From: Bacilli bacterium
GTDB lineage: Bacteria > Bacillota_I > Bacilli_A > RF39 > UBA660
Reading direction: 5' to 3'
DNA: 64,000 nucleotides
NCBI GenBank assembly: GCA_017416535.1
Contig: JAFQCG010000001.1
Coordinates: 139,013 to 203,012, forward strand
Made by a program: the position numbers and the translations under genes. Of the stretch, positions 50,780-61,084 are shown one piece after another; position 1 is the stretch's first letter; each line of letters begins with the position of its first letter. The notes beneath the pieces are model-generated. The model made no database searches, was not told the origin of the DNA, and was given only the letters and a program-made list of their open reading frames with translations.

Positions 50780-50795
50780 TTCAACAAGTGTTGAA
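50780..50795. promoter_or_regulatory. candidate TetR operator: perfect palindrome TTCAACAAGTGTTGAA
   Basis: 7-bp inverted repeat with a 2-bp spacer, 17 bp upstream of the acyl-CoA ligase start, in the divergent TetR/ligase intergenic region. TTGTAAT direct repeats are nearby. Confidence 0.5.
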
Positions 50796-50811
50796 TAATA
50801 GAGGTGAAGAT

Positions 50812-52536
50812 ATGAAGATAATAGATAAAGTTATAAATAAAATAAAATATAAAAATCCATGGGATAAATTTTATGATAAAGATAAACGAACAATTGAAGT
50901 TCCAAATGTATCGGTTTATGAATATTTAAGAGATTGTAATAAGGATAATTTAGATTCAATAGCTATTAATTATTTTAATAAAAAAATGACTTATAGAACC
51001 TTTTTAAATGAAATTAATGTATGTGCTAGAGCTCTTAGAAGTCAAGGGATTCGTGAAGGTGATGTTGTTACAATTTGTATGCCTAATACACCTGAGGCTG
51101 TTATTGCATTTTATGCTACGAATGAAATTGGTGCTATTGCAAATATGGTTCATCCTCTTTCTGCAGAGGAAGAAATTAAACATTCTTTGATTAGTACAAA
51201 AAGTGTAATGCTTATAGCAATTAATTTGAGTTATAAGAAAGTAAAGGAAATTATTGAAGATACAGATGTATATAAAACAATTATTGTTTCTGCAAGTGAC
51301 TCTATGCCCACTTTATTAAAAATTGGATATAATCTTACATCTGGTAGAAAAATAGAAAAACCTAAAAAAAGTGAAACTTATATGTACTGGCATGATTTTA
51401 TTGAAAAAGGAAAACATTATTCCAACAAGGTACTAGTAAAAACTACTAAAGAACAACCTGCAGCTATTTTACATAGTGGTGGAACAACTGGAACACCTAA
51501 AAATATTGTTTTAACTAATGGTAATATTGTTGCTTTAGCAAAGCAAGCAACAATTATATTTCCTAAAATAGGTCCTGGCGATTCAATTTTAACTATTTTA
51601 CCATTATTCCATTGTTTTGGATTATGTGTGTGTGTAAATGCAGTTTTATGTTTAGGTGGTACTAATATATTGATTCCACAGTTTGATGCTAAAAGATTTG
51701 ATAAATTATTTTCTTCGTATCGTCCAACAATTGTAGCTGGTGTTCCAACTTTATATGAAGCATTACTTACAAATAAGCATATGGATAATATGAATTTGTC
51801 TTACGTTAAATATGTTATTTCTGGGGGAGACAGTTTAGTTCCAGAAAAGAATGAAGCTGTAAATAAGTTTTTTAGAAGACATGGAGCTAATATAAGTATT
51901 ATTCAAGGTTATGGTATGACTGAAACTGGTGGTCCAGTTTGTGCTCAAGTATTAGATGCTACAGTTCCAGGAAGTATTGGAATTCCTTTTCCAAGTAATG
52001 AAATTAAAATTGTAAATCCTGATACAAAAGAAGAAGTACCATATGGTGAAACTGGTGAAATTTGCATTCATAGTCCTGCAACAATGGCTGGTTATTTAGA
52101 TAATGAAAAAGAAACTAATGAGATTCTTCAAATGGATAAAAAAGGAAAAATTTGGGTACATACAGGTGATTTAGGATATATGACAGAGGATGGAATTGTA
52201 TTCTATGTATCACGTTTAAAACGTATGCTTATTGTATCTGGATATAATGTTTATCCATCTCATATCGAAAATGTTTTAATGAAACATCCTGATGTATTAA
52301 ATTGTGGTGTTATTGGTATTCCACATCCATATAAAGTTCAAGTTCCAAAAGCATATATTGTTTTAGATAATGGGGTAAAAGATAAGATGAAAGTTCGTAA
52401 TGATATTAAAGAATATTGTAAGAAAAACTTAGCAGCTTATATGGTTCCAAAAGAATTTGAATTTAGAGAAAGTTTACCAAAGACTATGATTGGTAAAGTT
52501 AATTATCGTGAATTAGAAAAAGAAAATAAAAAATAG
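50812..52536 (+). CDS. AMP-dependent synthetase/ligase (long-chain acyl-CoA synthetase-like)
   Basis: AMP-binding motif ILHSGGTTGTPKNIVLTNGN, plus GYGMTETGG and the C-terminal lysine region. ATG 50812 follows a GAGGTGA RBS. Confidence 0.8.
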   Translation: MKIIDKVINKIKYKNPWDKFYDKDKRTIEVPNVSVYEYLRDCNKDNLDSIAINYFNKKMTYRTFLNEINVCARALRSQGIREGDVVTICMPNTPEAVIAFYATNEIGAIANMVHPLSAEEEIKHSLISTKSVMLIAINLSYKKVKEIIEDTDVYKTIIVSASDSMPTLLKIGYNLTSGRKIEKPKKSETYMYWHDFIEKGKHYSNKVLVKTTKEQPAAILHSGGTTGTPKNIVLTNGNIVALAKQATIIFPKIGPGDSILTILPLFHCFGLCVCVNAVLCLGGTNILIPQFDAKRFDKLFSSYRPTIVAGVPTLYEALLTNKHMDNMNLSYVKYVISGGDSLVPEKNEAVNKFFRRHGANISIIQGYGMTETGGPVCAQVLDATVPGSIGIPFPSNEIKIVNPDTKEEVPYGETGEICIHSPATMAGYLDNEKETNEILQMDKKGKIWVHTGDLGYMTEDGIVFYVSRLKRMLIVSGYNVYPSHIENVLMKHPDVLNCGVIGIPHPYKVQVPKAYIVLDNGVKDKMKVRNDIKEYCKKNLAAYMVPKEFEFRESLPKTMIGKVNYRELEKENKK

Positions 52537-52609
52537 ACAAGTACCTTTATGGTACTTTTTTTGTGTTAAAAAAACTATTATTTCATATGTTTATATAGGA
52601 GATGATATT

Positions 52610-53380
52610 TTGTTTAAACTTGGAGATTTAGTAACTCGAATATCTCATAAGCATGATATAGTTTTTAAAATTGTTGGTTTAGATGGTAATACAGTTTTTT
52701 TAAAAGGAGTAGATCTTAGGCTTTATGCAGATAGTGATGTAAATGATTTAGTTGTTGTTAAGGAAATAGTTAATTCAGATAAGGATATAATTGATGCCAA
52801 CTTACGAGATATTAATTTAGATCGCAGTCAATATTTTTATTTACCAGGTAGAATTTTACATATTGATGGAGATAATGATTATTTAGAAAGATGTATGACT
52901 TTTTACCAAAATATGAATGTAAAGGCAAATGGAATTGCTTTACCAGAGTTTGAAATAGCAAGTAAAATCAATTCTTTATTAAATGAATATAAACCAGATA
53001 TTGTAGTTATTACTGGACATGATGCCTATTATGATAGAAAGAGAGATACCGCGGAAAAATATCAAAATACATATAATTTTATTGATGCTGTTAAACAGGC
53101 TAGAATATATGAAAAAAGTCAGGATAAATTAATAATAATTGCTGGTGCTTGTCAGTCTAATTATGAGGAACTTATTAAAGCTGGAGCTAATTTTGCATCT
53201 AGTCCTAAAAGAATTAATATACACGCACTAGATCCTGCAATTATTGCTTCTTCTTTATCGTTGTCGGATAAAAATCAAAGTATTGATGTTATTAAATTGA
53301 TAGAAAAAACGAAGTACGGAAGTGATGGAATTGGTGGAATTATAACAAATGGAACTATGTATGTGGGGTATCCTAGATGA
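52610..53380 (+). CDS. yabG: sporulation-specific protease YabG
   Basis: LGDLVTRISHKHDIVFKIVGLD, YLPGRILHIDGDNDYLERC, PDIVVITGHDAY and IIAGACQSNYEELIKAGANFASSPKRINIHALDP align with B. subtilis YabG. Confidence 0.8.
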   Translation: MFKLGDLVTRISHKHDIVFKIVGLDGNTVFLKGVDLRLYADSDVNDLVVVKEIVNSDKDIIDANLRDINLDRSQYFYLPGRILHIDGDNDYLERCMTFYQNMNVKANGIALPEFEIASKINSLLNEYKPDIVVITGHDAYYDRKRDTAEKYQNTYNFIDAVKQARIYEKSQDKLIIIAGACQSNYEELIKAGANFASSPKRINIHALDPAIIASSLSLSDKNQSIDVIKLIEKTKYGSDGIGGIITNGTMYVGYPR

Positions 53381-53586
53381 TTTTAGATAGTGTAAAAGAG
53401 AAGATCAAGACGAATAAAGGAATTATGAAAAAATTTATTTTTCATGGTACTCGTAATCAAAATGAAGAATTTGAGGGTGTAATTATTAAAATGTATAATT
53501 CTTTATTTTTAATAAAGACAATTGATAATCAAATAAGGAGTTATAGTTATGCTGATGTTTTAATATCTAACCTAGAGATTATTTAA
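53377..53586 (+). CDS. veg: Veg (DUF1021) protein
   Basis: 69 aa. DNQIRSYSYADVLIS versus B. subtilis Veg ENSFERVSYSYADILT. Lies immediately after yabG, with a 4-nt ATGA overlap. Confidence 0.7.
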   Translation: MILDSVKEKIKTNKGIMKKFIFHGTRNQNEEFEGVIIKMYNSLFLIKTIDNQIRSYSYADVLISNLEII

Positions 53587-53615
53587 TAAAATTATTTTCT
53601 AATTGTAATTTTGTT

Positions 53616-53624
53616 TGGTATAAT
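53616..53624 (+). promoter_or_regulatory. extended -10 (TGGTATAAT) upstream of the GT2 gene
   Basis: TGnTATAAT 22 bp upstream of the start. Confidence 0.35.
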
Positions 53625-53645
53625 AATGCTATTAGGAGAATGATT

Positions 53646-54740
53646 ATGAAGAAAAAAACAGTTATTTTAATTCCATCACTTAATCCAAATGAAATATTAT
53701 TAGATTATGTAAAAGAACTTCTTTCTGCGAGTAAAAATATAGATGTTATTGTTGTTGATGATGGTAGCAAAGATAATTTAAAATATATTTTTAATGAGGT
53801 GGAAAAATTAGAGAGATGTGTTGTATTAACTCATGCTATTAATTTGGGCAAAGGTAGAGCCTTAAAAAATGGGTTTAATTATTTTATTAACAATTATAAA
53901 TCTGATGATGTAAATGGTATTATTACAGCTGATTCTGATGGACAACATTCTGTTAAGGATGTTTTGAATATTGCTAAAGAATTAAATTCAGCCAAAGAAG
54001 AATCTTTAGTATTAGGAACAAGAAATTTCAATTTGGAACATGTTCCATTTAAAAGTAGAAAAGGAAATAAAATTACCACTTTTGTTTTCAAACTATTATA
54101 TGGTAAAAAAATAAATGACACACAAACTGGTTTAAGAGGATTAACTTATAATTTTGTTAAGGATTGTATTGCACTTGATGGTGAACGATTTGAATATGAA
54201 ATTAATATGTTAATTGAGTCTGTAAAAAAGAAAATTAAAATTGTTGAACCTACGATTGAGACAATTTATTTTGATAATAATAGTGAATCACATTTTAGAC
54301 CTGTAATGGACTCTTTGAAGATTTATAGTGTTATGTTTAAAAAGTTTTTTAAGTTTGCTCTATCAGGTATTAGCTCAGCTGTTTTAGATATATTATTATT
54401 TACTATTTTTTATAGTATTTTAAAATGTTTAATAGGAAAAAATATTTCAATTTTATTGGCAACAGTTGGTGCTCGTATATTTTCTTCTTTATTTAATTAT
54501 TTTGTTAATAAAAATATTGTCTTTAATGATAACAAACAAAAAAATACTATTATTAAATACTATTCATTATGTATTGTTCAGACATTTGCTTCTTGGGGAT
54601 TAGTTAATTTTGGATTTGCAATTACTAAAGAAATAATACACCCAAGTATAATTAAAATTTTGGTAGATGGATTGTTATTTTTAGTAAGTTTTCAAATTCA
54701 ACAAAAATGGGTGTTTGGGCGCAGAAATGCTAATGATTAA
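53646..54740 (+). CDS. family 2 glycosyltransferase fused to a C-terminal GtrA-like membrane domain (polyprenol-phosphate sugar transferase type)
   Basis: GT-A DxD region VIVVDDGSKDN, TADSDGQH. The C-terminal roughly 130 aa carry 4 TM helices typical of GtrA. Confidence 0.7.
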   Translation: MKKKTVILIPSLNPNEILLDYVKELLSASKNIDVIVVDDGSKDNLKYIFNEVEKLERCVVLTHAINLGKGRALKNGFNYFINNYKSDDVNGIITADSDGQHSVKDVLNIAKELNSAKEESLVLGTRNFNLEHVPFKSRKGNKITTFVFKLLYGKKINDTQTGLRGLTYNFVKDCIALDGERFEYEINMLIESVKKKIKIVEPTIETIYFDNNSESHFRPVMDSLKIYSVMFKKFFKFALSGISSAVLDILLFTIFYSILKCLIGKNISILLATVGARIFSSLFNYFVNKNIVFNDNKQKNTIIKYYSLCIVQTFASWGLVNFGFAITKEIIHPSIIKILVDGLLFLVSFQIQQKWVFGRRNAND

Positions 54741-54765
54741 GATTACATTATTTGTAATCTTTTTT
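54741..54765 (+). terminator. rho-independent terminator
   Basis: GATTACA-TTATT-TGTAATC plus T6. Confidence 0.7.
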
Positions 54766-54850
54766 GTTACATAAAATATTGATTTTTCGTTGATAATATT
54801 ATAAAATGGACTTATAAAGTGGTTATACTTTAAGAGGGAGGAATATTTTC

Positions 54851-55126
54851 ATGAAAATTACATCAGTTAATGTACGTAAAATTGAAAAAGAAGGTTCTCG
54901 TATGAAGGGAATCGCATCAGTATTACTTGATGATAGCTTTGCAGTACATGATATTCGTATTATTGAGGGAGACAACGGTCTATTTATAGCAATGCCTAGC
55001 CGAAAGACTGCTACAGGTGGATATCGTGATATCGCTCATCCAATTAACCCTGAAGTTCGCGCTATGTTTGAAGAAGCAATTTTAGAAGCTTACGAAAACG
55101 CTCCTGAGGCGACAGAAGAAGAATAA
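54851..55126 (+). CDS. spoVG: septation protein SpoVG
   Basis: 91 aa, [53 protein letters not shown]. Very close to B. subtilis SpoVG. Confidence 0.9.
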   Translation: MKITSVNVRKIEKEGSRMKGIASVLLDDSFAVHDIRIIEGDNGLFIAMPSRKTATGGYRDIAHPINPEVRAMFEEAILEAYENAPEATEEE

Positions 55127-55149
55127 GAAGCATAAGCTTCTTTTTTTTT
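55126..55149 (+). terminator. terminator after spoVG
   Basis: AGAAGC-ATAA-GCTTCT plus T9. Confidence 0.65.
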
Positions 55150-55189
55150 CATAAATTTTATTTGTATGCATATTCTTATGTAGGAGGAG

Positions 55190-55489
55190 ATGTGTATGGA
55201 TAAACAAGACAATACTATAAATAGCTATAATCATGGAATAAGTCTATTTGAGAGAAAAAATTTAGTAATTACAGGAGTTAAAAAAATTGAAAACTTTGAT
55301 AATACACAATTTATATTGGAGACTATAATGGGATTTATGATTATTAAAGGTTGTGACTTGGAACTTGTTAAATTAGATACTCTTCAAGGCCATGTAACAA
55401 TTAAAGGTACAATTAATTCTATTAGTTATGCTGAGGAAAGTTCTAAAAAAGAAAAGGAAGAAAGTATTTTTAGTAGATTATTTAAATAA
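55190..55489 (+). CDS. yabP: sporulation protein YabP
   Basis: ITGVKKIENFDNTQFILETIMGFMIIKGCDLELVKLD...RLFK matches the YabP family pattern ITGV..V.SFD..EFLLET..G.L.IKG. Confidence 0.75.
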   Translation: MCMDKQDNTINSYNHGISLFERKNLVITGVKKIENFDNTQFILETIMGFMIIKGCDLELVKLDTLQGHVTIKGTINSISYAEESSKKEKEESIFSRLFK

Positions 55490-55764
55490 TGAATTTATAT
55501 TTACAGATTTTTTCGTTATTGTTTTCTTTTTTTTATGGTTTGTTATTTTCTTTTTTGATTAAAATAAGTCATGTATTTTTATTTCATGTAAATACTTATA
55601 TAAAAATATGGAGTTCATTTCTTTTTATTTTAATTATGTCTTTAATTTATTTTTTCTCTTTATATGTTATTAATGGCGGAATAATTCATTTTTATTTTTT
55701 ATTAATATTTGTTTGTGGATGGTATTTAGGATATTTATTTGTTGTTAAGTTGTCAAAAAAATAG
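55489..55764 (+). CDS. yabQ: spore cortex biosynthesis protein YabQ-like small membrane protein
   Basis: 91 aa, 3 TM. Adjacent to yabP and upstream of divIC, as in the Bacillus yabP-yabQ-divIC cluster. Confidence 0.55.
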   Translation: MNLYLQIFSLLFSFFYGLLFSFLIKISHVFLFHVNTYIKIWSSFLFILIMSLIYFFSLYVINGGIIHFYFLLIFVCGWYLGYLFVVKLSKK

Positions 55765-55842
55765 TGTAAAGTATTATCTAATTTTGTTTTATTTATTGAA
55801 AGAAATATTTGACTAGAGTTATACTATACTATGAAAAGGTAG

Positions 55843-56157
55843 GTGATGATAGTGGCAAATAGAAAGAAGAATGTTAGACAAAAAAGAAATCGTAGAATGC
55901 TGATTCTTGGTTTAGGTTCTATTGCTGTTATTATCATGATGACTTTGACTATTGGTAAGTATTGGATAGATATTTATGATAAGTATAAAGAAAAGCAAGA
56001 ACTAGAAGAAAAACTTGCTGAATTACAAAAGAAAGAAAAGGAACTTAAACTTGATGCTGATAAGTTACAAGATCCTGATTATATAGCTAGATATGCTAGA
56101 GAAAAATATTCATATTCAAAAGATGGGGAATTTATTATTAAAATACCAGAAAAATAA
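55843..56157 (+). CDS. divIC: cell division protein DivIC/FtsB (septum formation initiator family)
   Basis: 104 aa. Basic N-terminus, single TM, coiled coil (QELEEKLAELQKKEKELK), DPDYIARYAREKY C-terminal motif. Confidence 0.7.
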   Translation: MMIVANRKKNVRQKRNRRMLILGLGSIAVIIMMTLTIGKYWIDIYDKYKEKQELEEKLAELQKKEKELKLDADKLQDPDYIARYAREKYSYSKDGEFIIKIPEK

Positions 56158-56185
56158 TAAATTTCTCTTTTTCTTTTTTTATTTA

Positions 56186-56194
56186 TGTTATAAT
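56186..56194 (+). promoter_or_regulatory. extended -10 (TGTTATAAT) upstream of tilS
   Basis: TGnTATAAT 30 bp upstream of the start. Confidence 0.4.
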
Positions 56195-56223
56195 ATTTTA
56201 TAGCTTTAGATAAAGGAGGACTT

Positions 56224-57537
56224 ATGATTAATATTGAAGATAATTTTAAGTTTAATATAAATGATACTATAGTTATTGGGTGTTCTAGCGGACCTGATTC
56301 AATGGCATTAGTTGATATGTTACTAAAAATTAGAGAAAAATATCAACTACAATTAATTATTGCTCATGTAAATCATAATGTTCGAAGTGAAAGTTATGAT
56401 GAAGCTATTTATATGAAAGAATACTGTGAAAAGAATAATTTAGTATTTGAAACAATGACAATTGAAGAATATGGTGATGATAATTTTCATAATGAAGCAA
56501 GAACTATTAGATATAATTTTTTTGAGTCTCTGATTAACAAATATGAAGCTAATTATTTGATGACTGCACATCATGGTGATGATTTAATAGAAACAATTCT
56601 TATGAGAATGGTTAGGGGTTCAAACTTAAATGGTTATAGTGGTTTTAAGGAAGTAGTTGAAATGGAAAACTATAAAATTGTAAGACCTTTAATTAGATAT
56701 ACCAAAGAAGAATTAGAAAAATATGATGAAGATAATAATGTTAAGTATTTTATTGATAGTTCAAATGATAAAGATAAATATACTAGAAATCGTTATAGAA
56801 AGTATTTGATTCCTTTTTTAAAAGAAGAAGAGTTCAACGTCCATCATAAATTTTTAAAGTTTAGTGAAGAATTAAGTGATGCAAGCAGATTTATTGATAA
56901 AGAAAGAGATAAAGCTTTAGATAGATGTTTAAAGGGAAATGTTATTAATCTTGATAAATTTATATTAGAAGATAAGTTCATTCAAAAGGAAATTTTATAT
57001 TATTTATTAAGTGAATTTTATCAAGATGATTTAATATTAGTTAATGATAAACATATTAATTTAGTTTTTAATTTGATTTATAGTAATAGGGCTAATAGTT
57101 TTGTTAATTTACCTAATGAGGTTGTTGCTAATAAGAGCTATAATATGTTAGAATTAAAACGTGAGACATTAGAAATAACTAGCTATGAAATAGAGTTTAA
57201 TAATTATGTTTTATTACCAGATAATCATATAATTGAGAGAGTATCTGATATCGACGATAATAGTAATAATGTTTGTCGTTTAAATAGTTCTGATATTACA
57301 TTACCGCTTATTATTCGTACTAGAAAAATTGGTGATAGAATGATGATTAAGGGACTTGACGGTTCTAAAAAAGTTAAAGATATTTTTATTGATAAAAAGA
57401 TAAAGATGGAAAAAAGGGATAGTTGGCCTATTGTTGTTGATTCTAAAGGAAAGATTGTTTGGATTCCTGGAATTAAAAAATCAATATTTGATAAGAAAAA
57501 AGTAGATAGTTATGACATTGTACTTAAGTACAGTTAA
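56224..57537 (+). CDS. tilS: tRNA(Ile)-lysidine synthetase TilS
   Basis: PP-loop IVIGCSSGPDSMAL; 437 aa. Confidence 0.85.
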   Translation: MINIEDNFKFNINDTIVIGCSSGPDSMALVDMLLKIREKYQLQLIIAHVNHNVRSESYDEAIYMKEYCEKNNLVFETMTIEEYGDDNFHNEARTIRYNFFESLINKYEANYLMTAHHGDDLIETILMRMVRGSNLNGYSGFKEVVEMENYKIVRPLIRYTKEELEKYDEDNNVKYFIDSSNDKDKYTRNRYRKYLIPFLKEEEFNVHHKFLKFSEELSDASRFIDKERDKALDRCLKGNVINLDKFILEDKFIQKEILYYLLSEFYQDDLILVNDKHINLVFNLIYSNRANSFVNLPNEVVANKSYNMLELKRETLEITSYEIEFNNYVLLPDNHIIERVSDIDDNSNNVCRLNSSDITLPLIIRTRKIGDRMMIKGLDGSKKVKDIFIDKKIKMEKRDSWPIVVDSKGKIVWIPGIKKSIFDKKKVDSYDIVLKYS

Positions 57538-57549
57538 GGAGGGAATTTA

Positions 57550-59508
57550 ATGGATAAGAAAACTGTAAAAAGAGGTTTGATGCCTTATTTATTTGTAGCT
57601 TTACTTATGCTTGGTATGTTTTATGCATTTAATATGACAAGTATCAAGGTATATGATTTAAGCTATGATGAATTTATTGAACATTTAGATGGTGGAAAGA
57701 TAAAAGAATTGGAAATTGTTCCAAAAACAAGTGGTCATACATATGATGTATCTGGAAAACTTGATAATTACAAAGATGGAGAAACATTTAAATCTGTAAT
57801 ACCTTTAAGTGATGAAGTAATGAAGAAAATTGTTGAAGCAAGTGATAATCAAGAGTTTAAGTTAATTACTAAGCCAGATCCTGCATCAAGTTCATTTCTT
57901 GTTATTTTAGTAAACGTAGTTCCATTTATCATTATTATTGGTGTTGGAATGTGGTTTTTAAATAAACAAGTAGCTGGAAATAAGAGTTCTATGGATTTTG
58001 GAAAGAGTAGAGCAAGACTTAATAGTGATAATAATAAAGTTACATTTAAAGATGTTGCTGGATTAAAAGAAGAAAAAGAGGAAGTTAAAGAGTTAATTGA
58101 TTTCTTAAAGAATCCTAAGAAGTTCCAAAAGTTAGGTGCTAGAATTCCAAAAGGTGTATTATTATTTGGGCCTCCAGGAACTGGTAAAACATTACTTGCT
58201 AAAGCTGTGGCAGGTGAAGCTGATGTTCCTTTCTACTTTATCAGTGGTTCTGATTTCGTAGAATTATTCGTAGGTGTTGGTGCTAGTCGTGTTAGAGATA
58301 TGTTCCAACAAGCAAAAAGAAATGCTCCATGTTTAATATTTATTGATGAAATTGATGCCGTAGGACGTCAAAGAGGAACTGGTTTAGGTGGAGGACATGA
58401 TGAACGTGAACAAACTCTTAACCAATTACTAACTGAGATGGATGGATTTGGTGCTAATGAAGGAATAATTATTATTGCAGCAACTAACCGTCCAGATGTA
58501 TTAGATCCTGCATTACTTCGACCAGGACGATTTGATAGACAAGTAACAGTTAATTTACCTGATATTAAAGGGCGTGAAGAAATTTTAGCAGTTCATGCAA
58601 GAAATAAAACTTTAGCTGAAGGAATAACTTTAGAAAACTTAGCTAGAAGAACACCTGGATTTAGTGGTGCTGACTTAGAAAACTTACTTAATGAAGCTGC
58701 ACTACTTGCAGTTAGAAGAAATAAAAACGAAATTACAATGAGTGAAGTTGATGAAGCTACAGACCGTGTTCTTATGGGACCAGCTAAAACTTCTCATAAG
58801 TATAGTGAAAATGATCGTAAACTTGTAGCTTACCATGAAGCTGGGCATGCTGTTATTGGATTGAAACTTGCACATGCAAATGTTGTACAAAAGGTTACAA
58901 TTATACCAAGAGGTACTGCTGGCGGATATAATATGATGGTTCCAAGTGAAGAGAAAATGTGCTCTACTAAGAGTGATTTATTAGAACAAATTACAGGATT
59001 ACTTGGTGGTAGAACAGCCGAGGAAGTTGTGTTTGGGGAAATTACAACAGGAGCTCATAATGACTTTGAAAAAGCTACTAAAATTGCAAGATCTATGGTT
59101 ACTGAATATGGAATGAGTGATTTAGGACCTCTTCAATTTGAGCAACAAGCTGGTAGTGTATTCTTAGGTAGAGATTATAATAAGAGTCAACATTTTTCAA
59201 ATGAAGTTGCAAATGAAATTGATATGGAAATGAGAAAGATTATTAATGGATGTCATAAGAAAGCAACTGAAATTATTAAGAAAAATGAAAGTTTATTAAA
59301 ACTTATTGCTGAAACATTATTAGAATATGAAACATTGACTAAAGAACAAATTGATTATTTAGTTGAACATGGAAAAATGCCTGAGGAAGATGAAAGTAAT
59401 TTAGAAGCATTATCTGTTACTAAATTAAGAGAAATTGCAAAGGAAAAAGGTATTAAAAATTATTCTAAGATGACAAAGGCTGAATTATTAAAAGAGTTAG
59501 ATGTTTAA
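57550..59508 (+). CDS. ftsH: ATP-dependent zinc metalloprotease FtsH
   Basis: 652 aa. AAA+ [16 protein letters not shown] zinc site. Confidence 0.95.
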   Translation: MDKKTVKRGLMPYLFVALLMLGMFYAFNMTSIKVYDLSYDEFIEHLDGGKIKELEIVPKTSGHTYDVSGKLDNYKDGETFKSVIPLSDEVMKKIVEASDNQEFKLITKPDPASSSFLVILVNVVPFIIIIGVGMWFLNKQVAGNKSSMDFGKSRARLNSDNNKVTFKDVAGLKEEKEEVKELIDFLKNPKKFQKLGARIPKGVLLFGPPGTGKTLLAKAVAGEADVPFYFISGSDFVELFVGVGASRVRDMFQQAKRNAPCLIFIDEIDAVGRQRGTGLGGGHDEREQTLNQLLTEMDGFGANEGIIIIAATNRPDVLDPALLRPGRFDRQVTVNLPDIKGREEILAVHARNKTLAEGITLENLARRTPGFSGADLENLLNEAALLAVRRNKNEITMSEVDEATDRVLMGPAKTSHKYSENDRKLVAYHEAGHAVIGLKLAHANVVQKVTIIPRGTAGGYNMMVPSEEKMCSTKSDLLEQITGLLGGRTAEEVVFGEITTGAHNDFEKATKIARSMVTEYGMSDLGPLQFEQQAGSVFLGRDYNKSQHFSNEVANEIDMEMRKIINGCHKKATEIIKKNESLLKLIAETLLEYETLTKEQIDYLVEHGKMPEEDESNLEALSVTKLREIAKEKGIKNYSKMTKAELLKELDV

Positions 59509-59523
59509 TTTAACTCTTTTTTC

Positions 59524-59551
59524 TTGAAAAAAAATTGTTTGTTATTATAAT
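59524..59551 (+). promoter_or_regulatory. sigma-A-like promoter of mscL (TTGAAA-16-TATAAT)
   Basis: -35 TTGAAA at 59524-59529 and -10 TATAAT at 59546-59551. Confidence 0.45.
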
Positions 59552-59574
59552 AAATGTATAAGGAGTGGATGTAT

Positions 59575-60012
59575 ATGGCAAAGAAAAAGGTTGAAATTGA
59601 TGCTAAAAAAGAACTTGGAAAAGTAAAAAAAATTGGTGCGGATTTTAGAAAATTCATTTCAAGAGGAAATGTAGTTGATATGGCTGTCGGTGTTATTATC
59701 GGTGGTGCATTTGGTAAAATTGTTACAAGTTTAGTTAATGATGTTTTAACACCAATTATTGGAGTGTTTCTTGGAGGTTTAAATTTTAGCGAACTAAGTT
59801 TTGGATTAAAGGATGCGCAAATTAATTATGGATTATTTATTCAAACTGTAGTTGATTTCTTAATTATTGCTTTATGTATTTTTGCAATGATTAAATTGTT
59901 TGAGAAGTTTAAGAAGAAGGAGGATCCAAAAAAAGAAGAACCTCCAAAGAAAAGTGAAGAAGTTTTATTACTTGAAGAAATTAGAGATTTGTTAAAGAAA
60001 AAATCTAAATAA
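59575..60012 (+). CDS. mscL: large-conductance mechanosensitive channel
   Basis: FRKFISRGNVVDMAVGVIIGGAFGKIVTSLVNDVLTPIIG signature. ATG 59575 follows an AAGGAGTGG RBS. Confidence 0.85.
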   Translation: MAKKKVEIDAKKELGKVKKIGADFRKFISRGNVVDMAVGVIIGGAFGKIVTSLVNDVLTPIIGVFLGGLNFSELSFGLKDAQINYGLFIQTVVDFLIIALCIFAMIKLFEKFKKKEDPKKEEPPKKSEEVLLLEEIRDLLKKKSK

Positions 60013-60020
60013 TGTATTAG

Positions 60021-60045
60021 AGAATGACTATGTCATTCTTTTTTC
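60021..60045 (+). terminator. rho-independent terminator after mscL
   Basis: AGAATGAC-TAT-GTCATTCT plus T6. Confidence 0.75.
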
Positions 60046-60106
60046 TTGTGTATAAGTGCAATTATGTTGTATAATATGCTTGATTTAAAGGGAAAGAGAC
60101 GATTTT

Positions 60107-61084
60107 ATGGAGTGGAATATCGGAAATGTAAAAATTAAGAATCAAGTTGTTTTAGCGCCTATGGCAGGTATTTGTAATTCTGCATTCAGAAGAATTTGTA
60201 AAGAAATGGGTTGTGGATTAATATATGCTGAGATGGTAAGTGATAAGGCAATTACTTATAACAATAAAAAAACAATTGATATGTTATATATGACTGAAGA
60301 GGAAAGACCAATTGTTCAACAAATATTTGGTTCTGATAAAGAGTCATTTGTAGTTGCAGCTAAATATATATATGAGAATATGCATCCTGACATTATTGAT
60401 ATTAATATGGGGTGTCCTGTTCCTAAAGTTGCAGTTCGTGCACAAGCGGGGTCTGCGTTACTAAAAAGTCCTGAAAAGATATTTGAAATTGTCAAAGCGG
60501 TGGTCGAGGAAGTTCCTATTCCTGTTACTGTTAAAATTAGAAGTGGTTGGGATAGTAAAAATATCAATGCAGTTGAGATAGCTAAAATTGTGGAAAAAGC
60601 TGGTGCTAGCGCTATTTGTGTTCATCCTAGAACAAGAAGTCAAGGTTATAGTGGAAATGCTGATTGGTCTATTATTAAAGCTGTAAAAGAGAATGTTTTA
60701 ATTCCTGTAATTGGAAATGGTGATATTAAAACGCCAGAAGATGCTAAACGCATGATTATAGAAACTAATTGTGATGCAGTTATGATTGGGAGAGGCGTTT
60801 TAGGAAATCCATGGATTATAAAAAACACGATTGATTATTTAGATGGTAAAGATATTTCTTCGATTTCTAATAGAGAAAAGATTGATATGTGCCTTCATCA
60901 TTTAGACTATTTAAATAGTTTAAAAGATGAACATCTTGCATGTTTAGAAATACGTAATCATATAGGTTGGTATTTAAAAGGAATGAAAGATGGTAATATT
61001 GTTAAAAATAATATCTATCAAACTTCGAATATTCGTGATATAATCGATATATTAAATGAATTTAAGGAGGGATTAGATGAGTAA
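60107..61084 (+). CDS. dusB: tRNA-dihydrouridine synthase (DusB-like)
   Basis: VVLAPMAGICNSAFRRICKEMG FMN-binding TIM barrel; 325 aa. Confidence 0.85.
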   Translation: MEWNIGNVKIKNQVVLAPMAGICNSAFRRICKEMGCGLIYAEMVSDKAITYNNKKTIDMLYMTEEERPIVQQIFGSDKESFVVAAKYIYENMHPDIIDINMGCPVPKVAVRAQAGSALLKSPEKIFEIVKAVVEEVPIPVTVKIRSGWDSKNINAVEIAKIVEKAGASAICVHPRTRSQGYSGNADWSIIKAVKENVLIPVIGNGDIKTPEDAKRMIIETNCDAVMIGRGVLGNPWIIKNTIDYLDGKDISSISNREKIDMCLHHLDYLNSLKDEHLACLEIRNHIGWYLKGMKDGNIVKNNIYQTSNIRDIIDILNEFKEGLDE

